From the sequence record OK283619.1: a stretch of 64,000 nt of DNA. The stretch is one strand, 5' to 3'. Shown here one piece after another: positions 10,048 through 19,892 of the stretch (within the stretch, counting starts at the first letter, position 1; the number at the start of each line of letters is the position of its first letter). The position numbers were made by a program, and so were the translations under genes. Under the pieces are notes generated by a model, which was not told where the DNA came from, ran no database searches, and saw only the letters and a program-made list of their open reading frames with translations. This stretch comes from Escherichia phage LPEK22.

Positions 10048-10229
10048 CCGATTTTACTCCCGAGTTCAACACGGAACGCCAGATAGAAGAAAGTGGCGAT
10101 AGATACAGGACATATCACCAAGAATGGGCGCTGTTGCACCCCTTCTGTGACCATGACGCCGACCAGCGAAACCGTAAAGATAACGAACATCAACATCATG
10201 AAGATAAAATCAACCTGCTTGATTTTCAT
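10044..10229 (-). CDS. small membrane protein
   Basis: 61 aa, two hydrophobic helices; GAGGAAG RBS. Confidence 0.45.
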   Translation of the reverse strand: MKIKQVDFIFMMLMFVIFTVSLVGVMVTEGVQQRPFLVICPVSIATFFYLAFRVELGSKIG

Positions 10230-10596
10230 CTTTCACTTCCTCTACAGGAGAAACAACTTCAGGCTCAGCTTCGGGAGCCAGCTGAATTTCTTCGGGGCTT
10301 ACTACGGGCTGTCCCAGAGACCAGATAGGCAGGAAACGACGATCATTCGTCACCAACCAAATTTGCTTGGCGGTTTTCGTCTTTTCGGAAATAAAATGCT
10401 GGGCATTGACTTGGGTACGAGACAAACCCACCTGACGCCAAGAACCGAAATCCTTAGAAGAAGGATTGGTATTCAGTTGAAATTGTGGGACGATTTTATT
10501 CTGTTCCGGATAGTAACGGACAGCGTTAATCATCTTCGCATCACCACGGTAATCAATAGCAACAGCGACAACGTTGCGTGGAATGAGGATTTTCAT
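10210..10596 (-). CDS. hypothetical protein
   Basis: 128-aa ORF; AAGGA RBS. Confidence 0.5.
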   Translation of the reverse strand: MKILIPRNVVAVAIDYRGDAKMINAVRYYPEQNKIVPQFQLNTNPSSKDFGSWRQVGLSRTQVNAQHFISEKTKTAKQIWLVTNDRRFLPIWSLGQPVVSPEEIQLAPEAEPEVVSPVEEVKDENQAG

Positions 10597-10597
10597 T

Positions 10598-10801
10598 TTA
10601 ATTCCTTTTGAAACTCTGAATTATGTTATAGACGAAAGGCGTTAATAAGATAGCACCCCCCAAATAATATAACGCGTAAACGTTCAATATTTCGGTTGAA
10701 TCCAACTCAACGATGCCCAAATATTTCATGACACCGACGAGCACAGCTGTGATACACATCACCAATCCGACGAACACAAAATATTTAGACATCTGTTTCA
10801 T
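10598..10801 (-). CDS. small membrane protein
   Basis: 67 aa, hydrophobic throughout. Confidence 0.45.
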   Translation of the reverse strand: MKQMSKYFVFVGLVMCITAVLVGVMKYLGIVELDSTEILNVYALYYLGGAILLTPFVYNIIQSFKRN

Positions 10802-10803
10802 TT

Positions 10804-11709
10804 CTAACCCTTACTCAACAGGCCGAGAAGGGATACAGAGGACTTTGTTACCTCTCCCTTGGCGCTCGCCTTGGTTTTAGATTTGGTCACCTTCTCAGGG
10901 ACTCGATGCGCTAGAGGATCATCCCCACCGACTTCGCGCGTCATTGGGTCAGTTTCACAGAATCCGTAGAAATCTTTGATGTCCAGACCCATGGCGTGAA
11001 ACTCACCACGCATTTGATGATGAATAGCGTTGCCAATCACCCACAAAGGTGCATCAAACGGCATCATGGCTAATTCGCTATCATTTCCTGTTTTGAATTC
11101 TTGAGTGTTTGTAGGCGATTGACGATACAACACGTCTTGCCCGCTGTAGTCATTGACCACCACTTCCCAACCCAGCACCAGCATTTCAGTCTTCGACTTC
11201 TCAAACTCCTTGGAGTAAGATTCGTTGCGTGACCAGCCGGAGTCCCCTGCTTCCTTACCAGAGCGACCACGGATGCGCGCATCATACTGATAGCGGTCTG
11301 GGTATGCAAAATAAAGCAACGCCAGAGATTCAATCGGATAGTTCTTGAACATCCATTCAGGACGCCATTTATCTGACAGCATGAGGGGTTCACCCTCGCA
11401 CACCAAAGTGTAACCCTGAGCCAGCCAGCCTTTGACCAGATCACGGGCGATATCACCCGAGCCTGTGGCGGCGTGGATGGCGTCCATGGAAGTCCAGGAA
11501 GCCAGACCGGATTTGTTGGACACAGTATACTGGCCGACGAAGATTAACTTCAGCTCTTCGAATTTCAGGCCGAATGGGCGCGTCTTGTCACCAATGGTGT
11601 AGGTGAGTTCAGTAGGCTCCAGCTTAGTGCGGAGCCATTCGATGAACTGGACTACTCTCGTACCCTTGCCCACGCCACTTGTTCCTTTCACTACAATTAT
11701 TTTAGCCAT
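10804..11709 (-). CDS. P-loop kinase, candidate 5-hydroxymethyl-dU DNA kinase
   Basis: 301 aa; N-terminal Walker A GTSGVGKGT; GAGGAAG RBS; sits among small genes beside the DNA polymerase. Confidence 0.6.
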   Translation of the reverse strand: MAKIIVVKGTSGVGKGTRVVQFIEWLRTKLEPTELTYTIGDKTRPFGLKFEELKLIFVGQYTVSNKSGLASWTSMDAIHAATGSGDIARDLVKGWLAQGYTLVCEGEPLMLSDKWRPEWMFKNYPIESLALLYFAYPDRYQYDARIRGRSGKEAGDSGWSRNESYSKEFEKSKTEMLVLGWEVVVNDYSGQDVLYRQSPTNTQEFKTGNDSELAMMPFDAPLWVIGNAIHHQMRGEFHAMGLDIKDFYGFCETDPMTREVGGDDPLAHRVPEKVTKSKTKASAKGEVTKSSVSLLGLLSKG

Positions 11710-12014
11710 TATGCATCTTCCTCAATACGCCAGCTCACACCGCCCAACCAGGGAGACCAGAAAACAGCAACCTGTGGGCGATCGTTTTCTACAAACTTCA
11801 CTTTATACTGGTCGTCGAAGTTATAGAAAATTTCATCGTCATCTGGTGCCATACCGTTTTCTATCAGAACACGCTTTAACTCCAGCGCCGCACCAACGGA
11901 AGTGGGTGTGGTTTGTTTACGAATGAAGTTGTTCACATGGATAATAACGCCATCCATATCGCTATCACCGGAACGCTTGTCTGGGGTTTCCCCAAACTTG
12001 GATTGTTCTTGCAC
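11709..12014 (-). CDS. hypothetical protein (start uncertain)
   Basis: Track ORF begins with TTG; a GTG preceded by GAGGAG gives a plausible start at 12014. Confidence 0.35.
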   Translation of the reverse strand: MQEQSKFGETPDKRSGDSDMDGVIIHVNNFIRKQTTPTSVGAALELKRVLIENGMAPDDDEIFYNFDDQYKVKFVENDRPQVAVFWSPWLGGVSWRIEEDA

Positions 12015-12024
12015 GATGTCCTCC

Positions 12025-12807
12025 TCAATGGACGTATTGATAATGGCCAATCAGGCGGTTCACCACTTCGACAATATTGCGGTTCAGGAAGTCGAAGTGG
12101 TTCTGGCCTTCGACTGGTTTAATATAAAGCATATCTTCCGAGTTCGAAAGATCCAGTTTTTCATAATTTCCCTGGGGAACAAAGATGACAAAAATATTGT
12201 TCATCGCACAGGGTTCAACGTATTTCGGGTTATCATCAATTAAAACATCACCTGCCAAAAGATGCTTTTCGTCGGTGCTGACAAACCCGTTGAAGATGCC
12301 AGGGAACTTGTCATAGACAAACTGGCGCTTGCTGCGCTCGTGTTCTGGCTCACACTTAGATACTGCGATCAATTCAACATTTTCAAAGTCTTCGAGAAGG
12401 ATCTTCTTCAGATTCACCAGGAACTCGTAAGCGCCTGGAAGCGGGTTCATCTTGGCATACAGGTCCGGCATGCGCCACCAATCCATAGGATCACGTCCTG
12501 TAGGTGAATCCATCCATTGACCAGCAACAAACACACGGCGCGTCAACCATGCTGGGTGAGCGCGTTCCCGCATGAGGATCGCCAAATCACCAGCATGAGC
12601 CATATAGCACTCTTTGGTGATACGCTGGAAATCATTGGGATAATCATGACAACCCATGTTTTCAGCAGCAGCTTTTGAATTGGAAATATTAAACCAATCC
12701 ACCCAAGGGGAGAGGCTATCAACCAAAGTCAAGTCTACGTCTACCAGGATACGATACATTCCACCGATTTTAGAATTGGCATCATACAGACCAACATGAT
12801 TATTCAT
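12025..12807 (-). CDS. HAD-like hydrolase/phosphatase-like protein
   Basis: Motif VDVDLTLVD (HAD motif I-like DxDxT) and C-terminal GDVLIDDNP (motif IV-like); start set at ATG 12807 with GGAG RBS. Confidence 0.5.
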   Translation of the reverse strand: MNNHVGLYDANSKIGGMYRILVDVDLTLVDSLSPWVDWFNISNSKAAAENMGCHDYPNDFQRITKECYMAHAGDLAILMRERAHPAWLTRRVFVAGQWMDSPTGRDPMDWWRMPDLYAKMNPLPGAYEFLVNLKKILLEDFENVELIAVSKCEPEHERSKRQFVYDKFPGIFNGFVSTDEKHLLAGDVLIDDNPKYVEPCAMNNIFVIFVPQGNYEKLDLSNSEDMLYIKPVEGQNHFDFLNRNIVEVVNRLIGHYQYVH

Positions 12808-13144
12808 CAGACTTCTCCACTTGATCATAACCAGTTGCGGTGCATTGCTCTTCTGTGCAATCTGCATACAGAACCACAGAAGATTCCTTCACGTAAGTGG
12901 TACAGTGATAGGTTTCATCTTCCTGGATGGAATCGTCATAATTGCAAACAGTTTGCAACGGACCAGGAGTGGTGTTATCCAACGCAGCATGTGCCTTGAT
13001 TGTGTCTTCCATCTTATTCACCGCTTGCTGATTGGTGAACGTCGGCGCATCGAGGTCAACAGTAGACGCAACGTCCAGAAGGGTAGAGCATGCAGTGGTA
13101 GAGAAAGCCAGAGCACACACCAGAAGAATCTTATTGAGTTTCAT
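12800..13144 (-). CDS. putative lipoprotein
   Basis: MKLNKILLVCALAFSTTACS: signal peptide with lipobox-like TTAC; track start is a TTG, first ATG at 13144. Confidence 0.5.
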   Translation of the reverse strand: MKLNKILLVCALAFSTTACSTLLDVASTVDLDAPTFTNQQAVNKMEDTIKAHAALDNTTPGPLQTVCNYDDSIQEDETYHCTTYVKESSVVLYADCTEEQCTATGYDQVEKSDE

Positions 13145-13204
13145 AACAATACCTGTTGTCAAAGGGATAACAGGGGGAATTATATCCCCCTTTGGTTTAT
13201 TGAA

Positions 13205-16201
13205 TCAACCTTTCTTGCCCATCATGGACAACAGATTAACTCGACGTTTATGAGACCAACCAACCACATCCAAGATAGACTGAATTGGCTCTATAAAGGT
13301 CTTTTCAAACGTGGTGTGGTAATCCACCCATTTATCCAATCCCAATTCTGGAGGAAGGAAGTCAGGGAAGGCTATGCGATCATTCCCCACAGGATTGCCA
13401 GGTTTCAGGTTGATGATTTTAACCTTATCGCCAGATTCGATAGGGGGAAGACCGAGATCTTCGTGCTTATCGATCAGCTTGTTGTACATAATACAAGCCT
13501 TGGCAGCAAAGTGCGTACCGCTGATGTAATTCCCGTTCGCGTCTAACCACTTCTCAATATCGCTTACACCAGATGCCTGAGCGATATCATCCACGGTGAG
13601 TTCCATATATTCCTTTTTGTATCCAGCGATTAATTCCTGAACCTCTGCCTCAGTACCGAGCAGGACTTTCTCATAACATTTAACCAGACGCTCACGACAC
13701 CACTCAGGAGTGGTTGATTTACGCGCTTCCAGACCTTTGAATTTGATCTTTGGCTTCTCATACTTGATGCCTTCGCTATCGTATACTGCCATGCAATACA
13801 TCTTCTTGGCTCGCCATACAGCAGACGATGCGATGACCTCACGTTCCCAGACCATGCGCTGCTCAAACCCGTTCATGGTATTACACAACAACTGCGCCCA
13901 TTCACTGGTTTTTGGCTGGTAATTCTCTTTGATCCATTGGTCAATGTTATCAACGAGTTTATGATGATCCTTTTCTTCAGGCCACAATTGCTTGACCAGG
14001 CGTTCAATGCAAATGTAGTTGGAGTCTGTATCACCTGCGATAACAAAATCCTGACCAGTAGTACCACAAAGTTTGTTCAGATAATCATCAGTGTGGCGTT
14101 TGTTCCATTTATTGATCAACTGGCCGGAAGTGGTAATTGCTTCAGCGATGTTGATGTTGAAGTATTCTTTAAACCAGACGTTAGAAATTGCACCATATCC
14201 TGCGTTCATCAAGATCTTCAGACCTTGTTGTAACGTATCTTGGGCAACTCCCAAATCTTCCCACTTGTGCATGACTTCAGTCAGGTGATCAAGGTCGATA
14301 TGCTTGTGTTCTTCATACCATTCAGGATCGTAGAAACGAGACTTCATGGCAGATTCAAGGTGGAAATCACCTTTAGACATTTCCTTACACCAACCAGCCC
14401 ATTGCTCATACTTCAGACCAGTTGCTTTCTCTCCTTTACGGTCAGCGTATATGCCTCGCATAATTTCGGAAAGGAAAGACATCTTCTCATTACTGAAGAA
14501 TTGAACGTTCGGGGTAAACGAAACGTTATATCGGCGTAATGTTTCAAAATGGAATTCACCCAGCGCGACCAATTCATCAACAACTTGTATGCGTTCATCA
14601 ATAGCACGCTGCAGCTTGTCGTGAAGATTTTTGAGATGACGGCGCTTGTTCATAGGCGTTGTCATATCATTCATCGCTTTGGTCAATTCTTCACACATGG
14701 ACTCAATGATATCGCGACGTGTGTGCTTGTCAGAAACGATAGTCTCAGGACCAAGGTTGTATTGCTGTATGATGTGGGGATACAGGGAGTTTAAGTCCTC
14801 AGAGAATACCCAGAAATATATCCCTGGTGCAACCTCCATGACATATGCGCCTTCAAAGTCCGTTGGACCATCATATACACGCTGTATTTTAGGGACAATC
14901 CCCTTTTCATAAAGACGATAGTAACACATCGCCAGCCATGGTGCTACAGTCCCAAGACCGTCTTCATAGTTAGATTTGGTGCGATACGCCAATACGAACA
15001 TCAGCTGTATCAAACGCAGCTTTTGTTCTAAACGCCACACGAGTTTGACGTCTTTGATACCATATCGGGTGTGTTTGCAATAATCATTAAAATATAGATC
15101 ATACAATGACTTGCTTTCACTATAATCCAACTTCTTCTCACCGAGTTCACAATAAGCGATCCAATCCAGTGAGTATTTTTCGCGGGTTGTGTACGTGTGT
15201 TTCTTGTAAACTTGCATGTAGTCCATCATAGGACAACCCACGAATTGATAAGAAGTCACGTCGCCTTTACGGTCTTTGATGAAACGTTTCTTGAGTTTGC
15301 CCCAAGGACTGAGGCGCTCTGCCTGAGTTTCACCGAGAACCTGCGTAATACGTTCAACCAAGTACGGGCTATCAAACGTTTCGATGTTCCAGCCAGTCCA
15401 ACCATCAAATTGACGTTCAGACCAATAATCTAAGAAAGCGCGAAGAAGTTCTTGTTCAGTCGTGTATTCTTTGTATTCAACCTCAAGACCACCTATCTCT
15501 TCATCATTTGGATCATATTTGAATTTATGGCGATCCTTAGAACACGGCATACCCCAGACATAGAACTTGTTGGTGTTCATGTCTTGAAGCTGGATGAGCG
15601 TAATAGGGAAGGCGGCATTCATGTTCTGTGTGATCTTACCATTACTATCAATGATAGGGAACTGGTCAGTCACGTTGTTGGAAATAAAGGAACCTGGGAA
15701 GTGCTCTCGAACGAAATCATGGTTGGCCAACACTTGCTTATGGAATCGGCGAACACGCGCCTCGCTCCCCTTAAACGTGTGGGATTCAATCGTCGCGTGA
15801 GGAAATGGGCCTTTAGTCATTTCTCCATCGCGCCACCCAGCCGAGAAAACTTCGATATCCACGTTGGCGATGTGAATATTTGAGTAATCGGGGGTAATCA
15901 TCCCAGGAAAACTATGCGCTATGAATTGATATGCATAATCCGTTTGTCCGTAAACGGCAGCGCCTTCGACCTCCTTATATTCCTCCAGATAGTTGTCGGC
16001 GTCACGCATTGACGCAAATTTTTTAGACACCAACGGTTCATTGAGGAGGCCAATCTTTTCAACTTTGGAATAATCGGCTGTGGGTAAATACAAGGTGGGT
16101 TCGAATTTCTTACGCAACATACGGCGATTGCCGTTGTCGTCTGCAATACGAATCAGAAGGTCGTTACCCTGTCGGGCAACGTTCGTATAGAAAACAGTCA
16201 T
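13205..16201 (-). CDS. DNA polymerase, family B
   Basis: ORF trimmed to ATG at 16201 (MTVFYTN...; GGAG RBS); exonuclease DIE motif (NVDIEVFSAG), motif B KILMNAGYGA, motif C VIAGDTDSNYI. Confidence 0.9.
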   Translation of the reverse strand: MTVFYTNVARQGNDLLIRIADDNGNRRMLRKKFEPTLYLPTADYSKVEKIGLLNEPLVSKKFASMRDADNYLEEYKEVEGAAVYGQTDYAYQFIAHSFPGMITPDYSNIHIANVDIEVFSAGWRDGEMTKGPFPHATIESHTFKGSEARVRRFHKQVLANHDFVREHFPGSFISNNVTDQFPIIDSNGKITQNMNAAFPITLIQLQDMNTNKFYVWGMPCSKDRHKFKYDPNDEEIGGLEVEYKEYTTEQELLRAFLDYWSERQFDGWTGWNIETFDSPYLVERITQVLGETQAERLSPWGKLKKRFIKDRKGDVTSYQFVGCPMMDYMQVYKKHTYTTREKYSLDWIAYCELGEKKLDYSESKSLYDLYFNDYCKHTRYGIKDVKLVWRLEQKLRLIQLMFVLAYRTKSNYEDGLGTVAPWLAMCYYRLYEKGIVPKIQRVYDGPTDFEGAYVMEVAPGIYFWVFSEDLNSLYPHIIQQYNLGPETIVSDKHTRRDIIESMCEELTKAMNDMTTPMNKRRHLKNLHDKLQRAIDERIQVVDELVALGEFHFETLRRYNVSFTPNVQFFSNEKMSFLSEIMRGIYADRKGEKATGLKYEQWAGWCKEMSKGDFHLESAMKSRFYDPEWYEEHKHIDLDHLTEVMHKWEDLGVAQDTLQQGLKILMNAGYGAISNVWFKEYFNINIAEAITTSGQLINKWNKRHTDDYLNKLCGTTGQDFVIAGDTDSNYICIERLVKQLWPEEKDHHKLVDNIDQWIKENYQPKTSEWAQLLCNTMNGFEQRMVWEREVIASSAVWRAKKMYCMAVYDSEGIKYEKPKIKFKGLEARKSTTPEWCRERLVKCYEKVLLGTEAEVQELIAGYKKEYMELTVDDIAQASGVSDIEKWLDANGNYISGTHFAAKACIMYNKLIDKHEDLGLPPIESGDKVKIINLKPGNPVGNDRIAFPDFLPPELGLDKWVDYHTTFEKTFIEPIQSILDVVGWSHKRRVNLLSMMGKKG

Positions 16202-16280
16202 TGTTTGTCTCCGGTTAACCGTGCCGTTAGCACGTCCCCGTAATTTAGCCGAGGAACGTTCAATGACCAAGGAGTTTATT

Positions 16281-16853
16281 ATGGCAATCCCCTTTGTGAG
16301 TATGATCCCAGGGGCGCTCAAGCAACTCTGGAACCTCGGGACTGATTTGATCCAATACAAGCGGGAAGTTGTTCAGGCCAAACACGATGTCAAGCTAGAG
16401 GCTATCAAGTCCTCCTCAGATTGGGAGCTGTCTAAGATCACCGAAGTCGGCGGGTCTTGGAAAGACGAATTCTGGACTATCGTGTTAGCTGTTCCCGCTA
16501 TCCTCGTCATGACTGCTCCGGTTGTGGAACTAATTCTGTTCCCTGATGAGTATCATAAAGGGGATTTCATCAAAGCAGTAATCGACGGCCTCCAGGCGCT
16601 CGATACCACACCTGAATGGTATACCTATTCGTTATTGACAGCAATTAGTGCATCATTCGGTATCAAGGGGTATAACCATTACAAAAGCAACAGCCGGAAG
16701 GCGCAAGCTGTGGATGCTCTCAAGCAGTTTGGGGTCAAAGTGGTTAACAAAGATCCCACTGTTGTTACTCAGTCGGGTTCTCCCGATCTTGAGTCTGCTC
16801 CCCCAGCTGGGTCTACTGCGACCTCTGGTGCGTGGCCTGATCTGAAGAAATAA
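16281..16853 (+). CDS. hypothetical membrane-associated protein
   Basis: AAGGAG RBS 7 nt before ATG 16281 (MAIPFVSMIPG...); hydrophobic segments. Confidence 0.55.
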   Translation: MAIPFVSMIPGALKQLWNLGTDLIQYKREVVQAKHDVKLEAIKSSSDWELSKITEVGGSWKDEFWTIVLAVPAILVMTAPVVELILFPDEYHKGDFIKAVIDGLQALDTTPEWYTYSLLTAISASFGIKGYNHYKSNSRKAQAVDALKQFGVKVVNKDPTVVTQSGSPDLESAPPAGSTATSGAWPDLKK

Positions 16854-16859
16854 GTTAGA

Positions 16860-16885
16860 GGGGAGGAAACTCCCCTTTCTTTTGG
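16860..16885 (+). terminator. intrinsic terminator
   Basis: Hairpin GGGGA-GGAAAC-TCCCC followed by TTTCTTTTGG. Confidence 0.5.
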
Positions 16886-16894
16886 TGTTAAGGA

Positions 16895-17107
16895 ATGAAA
16901 GTGGTAAACAAGAGATTGCTCGTCACCCAAGGCGGGGCGACGATAGTGAGAGGAAGGATTTACGAACAGATTCAGCTGGGTGATCATAAGACACGCCTGA
17001 CTGTCAAAGCACCGGACGGCGGATGGCCCACAAAGGTGGTTGTCCCCGACGGCCTCATAGAACGAGGGACAGCAGTGTACAAAGGAGCAGAGTTCAAAAT
17101 TTATTAA
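16895..17107 (+). CDS. hypothetical protein
   Basis: 70-aa ORF; start may be ATG 16895 or GTG 16901. Confidence 0.4.
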   Translation: MKVVNKRLLVTQGGATIVRGRIYEQIQLGDHKTRLTVKAPDGGWPTKVVVPDGLIERGTAVYKGAEFKIY

Positions 17108-17124
17108 AATATTTATTGAATAAA

Positions 17125-17153
17125 GTTTACTTCTTCAATAACTGGCGTATACT
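17125..17153 (+). promoter_or_regulatory. sigma70-type early promoter candidate (GTTTAC-N17-TATACT) with AT-rich upstream element
   Basis: GTTTAC 17125-17130, 17-nt spacer, TATACT 17148-17153; preceded by TTTATTGAATAAA; about 50 nt upstream of gene 17204. Confidence 0.4.
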
Positions 17154-17203
17154 TCTAATTGTAGTACGAACAAACAACAATCTGAAGAGAAGGAAATACA
17201 TCA

Positions 17204-17760
17204 TGGCAATCGAAATTATCGCTCAATCCAAATCCGGCAAAACTGTATTGTTCGGCACCGAAGAAGGCCGTGTAATCACCACTTTGGGCACAGTTGACGG
17301 CAGCAACCCCGTAAAAGGCGGTCGCTTCCTGGTTGAGTACGGTTCTCGTGTCGTGATGGTAAGTAAAATTGATGGGCGTGATATCACTGCTCCTCGTCAA
17401 GAATTCTTTGATTCACGTTCTGCCGCCATGCAATTCTTTTTCTTCCAGAAACGTCACGAACTGTTCGTTGAAGCGAAAGACGCAGGTCTGGACGACGCAA
17501 CGGCTGAGCTGATTGCCGAAGGTAAAATGACTCTTGAGACTGCTCTGGGAGACATGGATTACGAAGCCGAAGCGCATTATATTGAATATTCCGCATATCA
17601 GAACGAATGTGAAGATGATCCGGAAGATGATGGATTTGATCCAGATCTTCACGGCGGCGAGGATGACAATACTCCTTCTCTGGAAGTTATCATGGCTGGT
17701 GGTCAGGCCGCTTGGGAATGGCAGAATGAAAAGAACGCATGGTTGGATTCCCGCCTCTAA
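17204..17760 (+). CDS. hypothetical protein with acidic C-terminal region
   Basis: AAGGA RBS then ATG 17204 (MAIEIIAQSKSGK...); acidic stretch ECEDDPEDDGFDPDLHGGEDD. Confidence 0.55.
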
Positions 17761-17769
17761 TATGACAAA

Positions 17770-17790
17770 GCCCCTTCGGGGGCTTACTTT
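17770..17790 (+). terminator. intrinsic terminator
   Basis: GCCCC-TTCG-GGGGC hairpin followed by TTACTTT. Confidence 0.5.
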
Positions 17791-17808
17791 GAACTGAAGG
17801 ACTATATT

Positions 17809-17958
17809 ATGATTTTTATCGTGTGGGTAGTATTCGCATTTCTGGCCATGGCCGACATCGGCAAGTATCACCTAATCCCCAGTGACCTGACTGTCCTGCT
17901 GTACGGTATGGTTTCGTACATCCTGGGTTATGTCCGCGCCCGTCTTCTGTCTGAATGA
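17809..17958 (+). CDS. small membrane protein (49 aa)
   Basis: Hand-translated MIFIVWVVFAFLAMADIGKYHLIPSDLTVLLYGMVSYILGYVRARLLSE; shares the leader GAAGGACTATAT with the next gene. Confidence 0.4.
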   Translation: MIFIVWVVFAFLAMADIGKYHLIPSDLTVLLYGMVSYILGYVRARLLSE

Positions 17959-17969
17959 AGGACTATATC

Positions 17970-18512
17970 ATGAATATACCAAAAACTCCTGTCCGTATTG
18001 CCGTCGAGCCTCTGCTGGTTGATGCTGAGAATGCTGCTGAGCAGTACGCGAACAAAGTCATCAAGAACATAATGGACGATCTGGCATCCAACGGCTGGGA
18101 CGTCGAGAAGTGCGCTCCGTGGCCATCTTCGGTTGGTGTCAAGTTTGGTGATCCAGATTACCAACGAATGAAATCAAAACATGCGCTCTACCGTTCTTTG
18201 ACCCAGGCAGTGAATCCTTCTTACATACCTGGGAAGCCGGATATTGTCAAAGCTGATCCTGAGCGCCATGCTCTGTTTGTCAAAGAAGCACGTCGAAACG
18301 CTGCGATGCAATATGAGTCTTTCATTTGTAAACTGGAAGACAAAATTGGTGGGCACAGCGCGGCTGTGCTGAATGGTTCCCATATATGGGGTTATTCAAT
18401 CCTAACCGTGACTACACCAGAGGGGATCGAGCGCTGGAAGACTCAGACGATTATCAATGTGTCCAAGCTGGGCAAACTCTTTAACCAATATCCAACGAGG
18501 AAGGTGAAATGA
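17970..18512 (+). CDS. hypothetical protein
   Basis: ATG 17970 (MNIPKTPVRIAVEP...) preceded by GAAGGACTATATC. Confidence 0.55.
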   Translation: MNIPKTPVRIAVEPLLVDAENAAEQYANKVIKNIMDDLASNGWDVEKCAPWPSSVGVKFGDPDYQRMKSKHALYRSLTQAVNPSYIPGKPDIVKADPERHALFVKEARRNAAMQYESFICKLEDKIGGHSAAVLNGSHIWGYSILTVTTPEGIERWKTQTIINVSKLGKLFNQYPTRKVK

Positions 18513-18883
18513 TGAAAAACTTCGCACAAGAATTACAGACTACGATTGACCAGGCTCAGATTTGGGAAGCCATGGGGATAGTTGAAAAAGCCGTTGATAT
18601 CTTTGTTTGCAAAATGAAGAAGCAACTCGTTTCCCAAGCAAATCGCGGAGTTGAAATTGATGACATGGTGTACGCTGTTGGTGGCCACAGGTTTGACGAA
18701 ATATTAACCGCATTTCAACAGGCATATAAGTCTCAAAAATACCCAACAGACAAGCAAGTCGAAAAGTTCAAAACATTGTTGGTGGCGAGTCTTCTGAAGG
18801 AAGGTTTGAAGTTCGAATTACACAAGGATGAAAGAACAGATGTCGTAACAATGAGATTCACAGTACACACAAACGATATCTAA
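18509..18883 (+). CDS. hypothetical protein
   Basis: 124-aa ORF; GAGGAAGG RBS; ATGA overlap with upstream gene. Confidence 0.55.
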   Translation: MMKNFAQELQTTIDQAQIWEAMGIVEKAVDIFVCKMKKQLVSQANRGVEIDDMVYAVGGHRFDEILTAFQQAYKSQKYPTDKQVEKFKTLLVASLLKEGLKFELHKDERTDVVTMRFTVHTNDI

Positions 18884-18884
18884 A

Positions 18885-18909
18885 ACAAAGGGGCATTAAG
18901 CCCCTTTGT
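18885..18909. terminator. bidirectional terminator between convergent genes
   Basis: ACAAAGGGG-CATTAAG-CCCCTTTGT hairpin flanked by A-runs and T-runs. Confidence 0.5.
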
Positions 18910-19368
18910 TTATTTCCCATCCCAAAAGTCGTCTTCATCGTCTACTTCATCAAACGCAGAATCCAATTCTTCGTCAGAGTACTCTGGAAGACGACCATTC
19001 TGTTTCAGATATTCAATTTCGTCATCTTCCAATTGAAGATCCGTGGCTATAAACAGCGCCCCTGTTTCTTCATCGTGCTCAATACTGTAAGATGTATATT
19101 CAGCACCCTGGACTGTAATGATGATAGACGTCGGGTCTTCTGGGTCCACATGGGCTTCAAACGGGATACCGTCAATCGGGGCGTCCTCTAAAAATGTAGC
19201 AAGAGCTACGGCGGCGCGGACGACGTCTGTCCCTTGCACGGAAGCATAAATCTCTTCAGCGCCTGTTTCCCCGCGCTCAAAGAATTCAATCGTAGTCCCG
19301 TCTTGAACACCAGTCCAGATAGGCATGTCTGCTGGGGAATCCGCTTCAAATAATTTCGAAATTGGCAT
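18910..19368 (-). CDS. highly acidic protein
   Basis: 152 aa, very rich in D/E (EDDEIEYLKQNGRLPEYSDEELDSAFDEVDDEDDFWDGK); GAGGA RBS. Confidence 0.55.
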   Translation of the reverse strand: MPISKLFEADSPADMPIWTGVQDGTTIEFFERGETGAEEIYASVQGTDVVRAAVALATFLEDAPIDGIPFEAHVDPEDPTSIIITVQGAEYTSYSIEHDEETGALFIATDLQLEDDEIEYLKQNGRLPEYSDEELDSAFDEVDDEDDFWDGK

Positions 19369-19403
19369 GGTAATGTCCTCTTGAATAAACCGCTTTGGAC
19401 TAT

Positions 19404-19853
19404 TTAGGCTTCTCTGGTCGCCAACCCTGGCTTAAACACCACCATTTCCTCAACGTTATTGGCACTCATAGAGGCTATAGAATCGAACCCTTTGTTGATA
19501 AGTTCTTTCACATTATCATGTATCTTACCAGGCTTTATCCCCAACTCTCGCATTTTATTTTCCCACACCGAAACATTGTTGGAATCTATTACAAGAGTCT
19601 TCTTGGCCTTGACACGAAATGCCATGACAATAGGTTCACCAGATTGACGATAGCGCACGGCATTTTCTGCGTAGATCTGTGCCTTTTCTGGATCCCCCGT
19701 CAGGTAAAACCCAGCACCCATCGTACCAGAGTCAGTCTGGCCAAATTTTTCAAAATCAAAGATATCGAATTCAACATTAGACCCATGATACAAAACGATA
19801 TTCGTAAAATCAGGTAACGTTGATTCGCGATAAAATTCTAGAAAGGTTTTCAT
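19404..19853 (-). CDS. hypothetical protein with H-G-S motif
   Basis: 149 aa; LYHGSNVEF, GAGFYLTGD and a later EE pair, weakly reminiscent of H-Y-E ADP-ribosyltransferase/Tpt1-like folds. Confidence 0.5.
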   Translation of the reverse strand: MKTFLEFYRESTLPDFTNIVLYHGSNVEFDIFDFEKFGQTDSGTMGAGFYLTGDPEKAQIYAENAVRYRQSGEPIVMAFRVKAKKTLVIDSNNVSVWENKMRELGIKPGKIHDNVKELINKGFDSIASMSANNVEEMVVFKPGLATREA

Positions 19854-19892
19854 AGATACCCCACACTGGTCGTATGGGGTATTTAGGATGGA

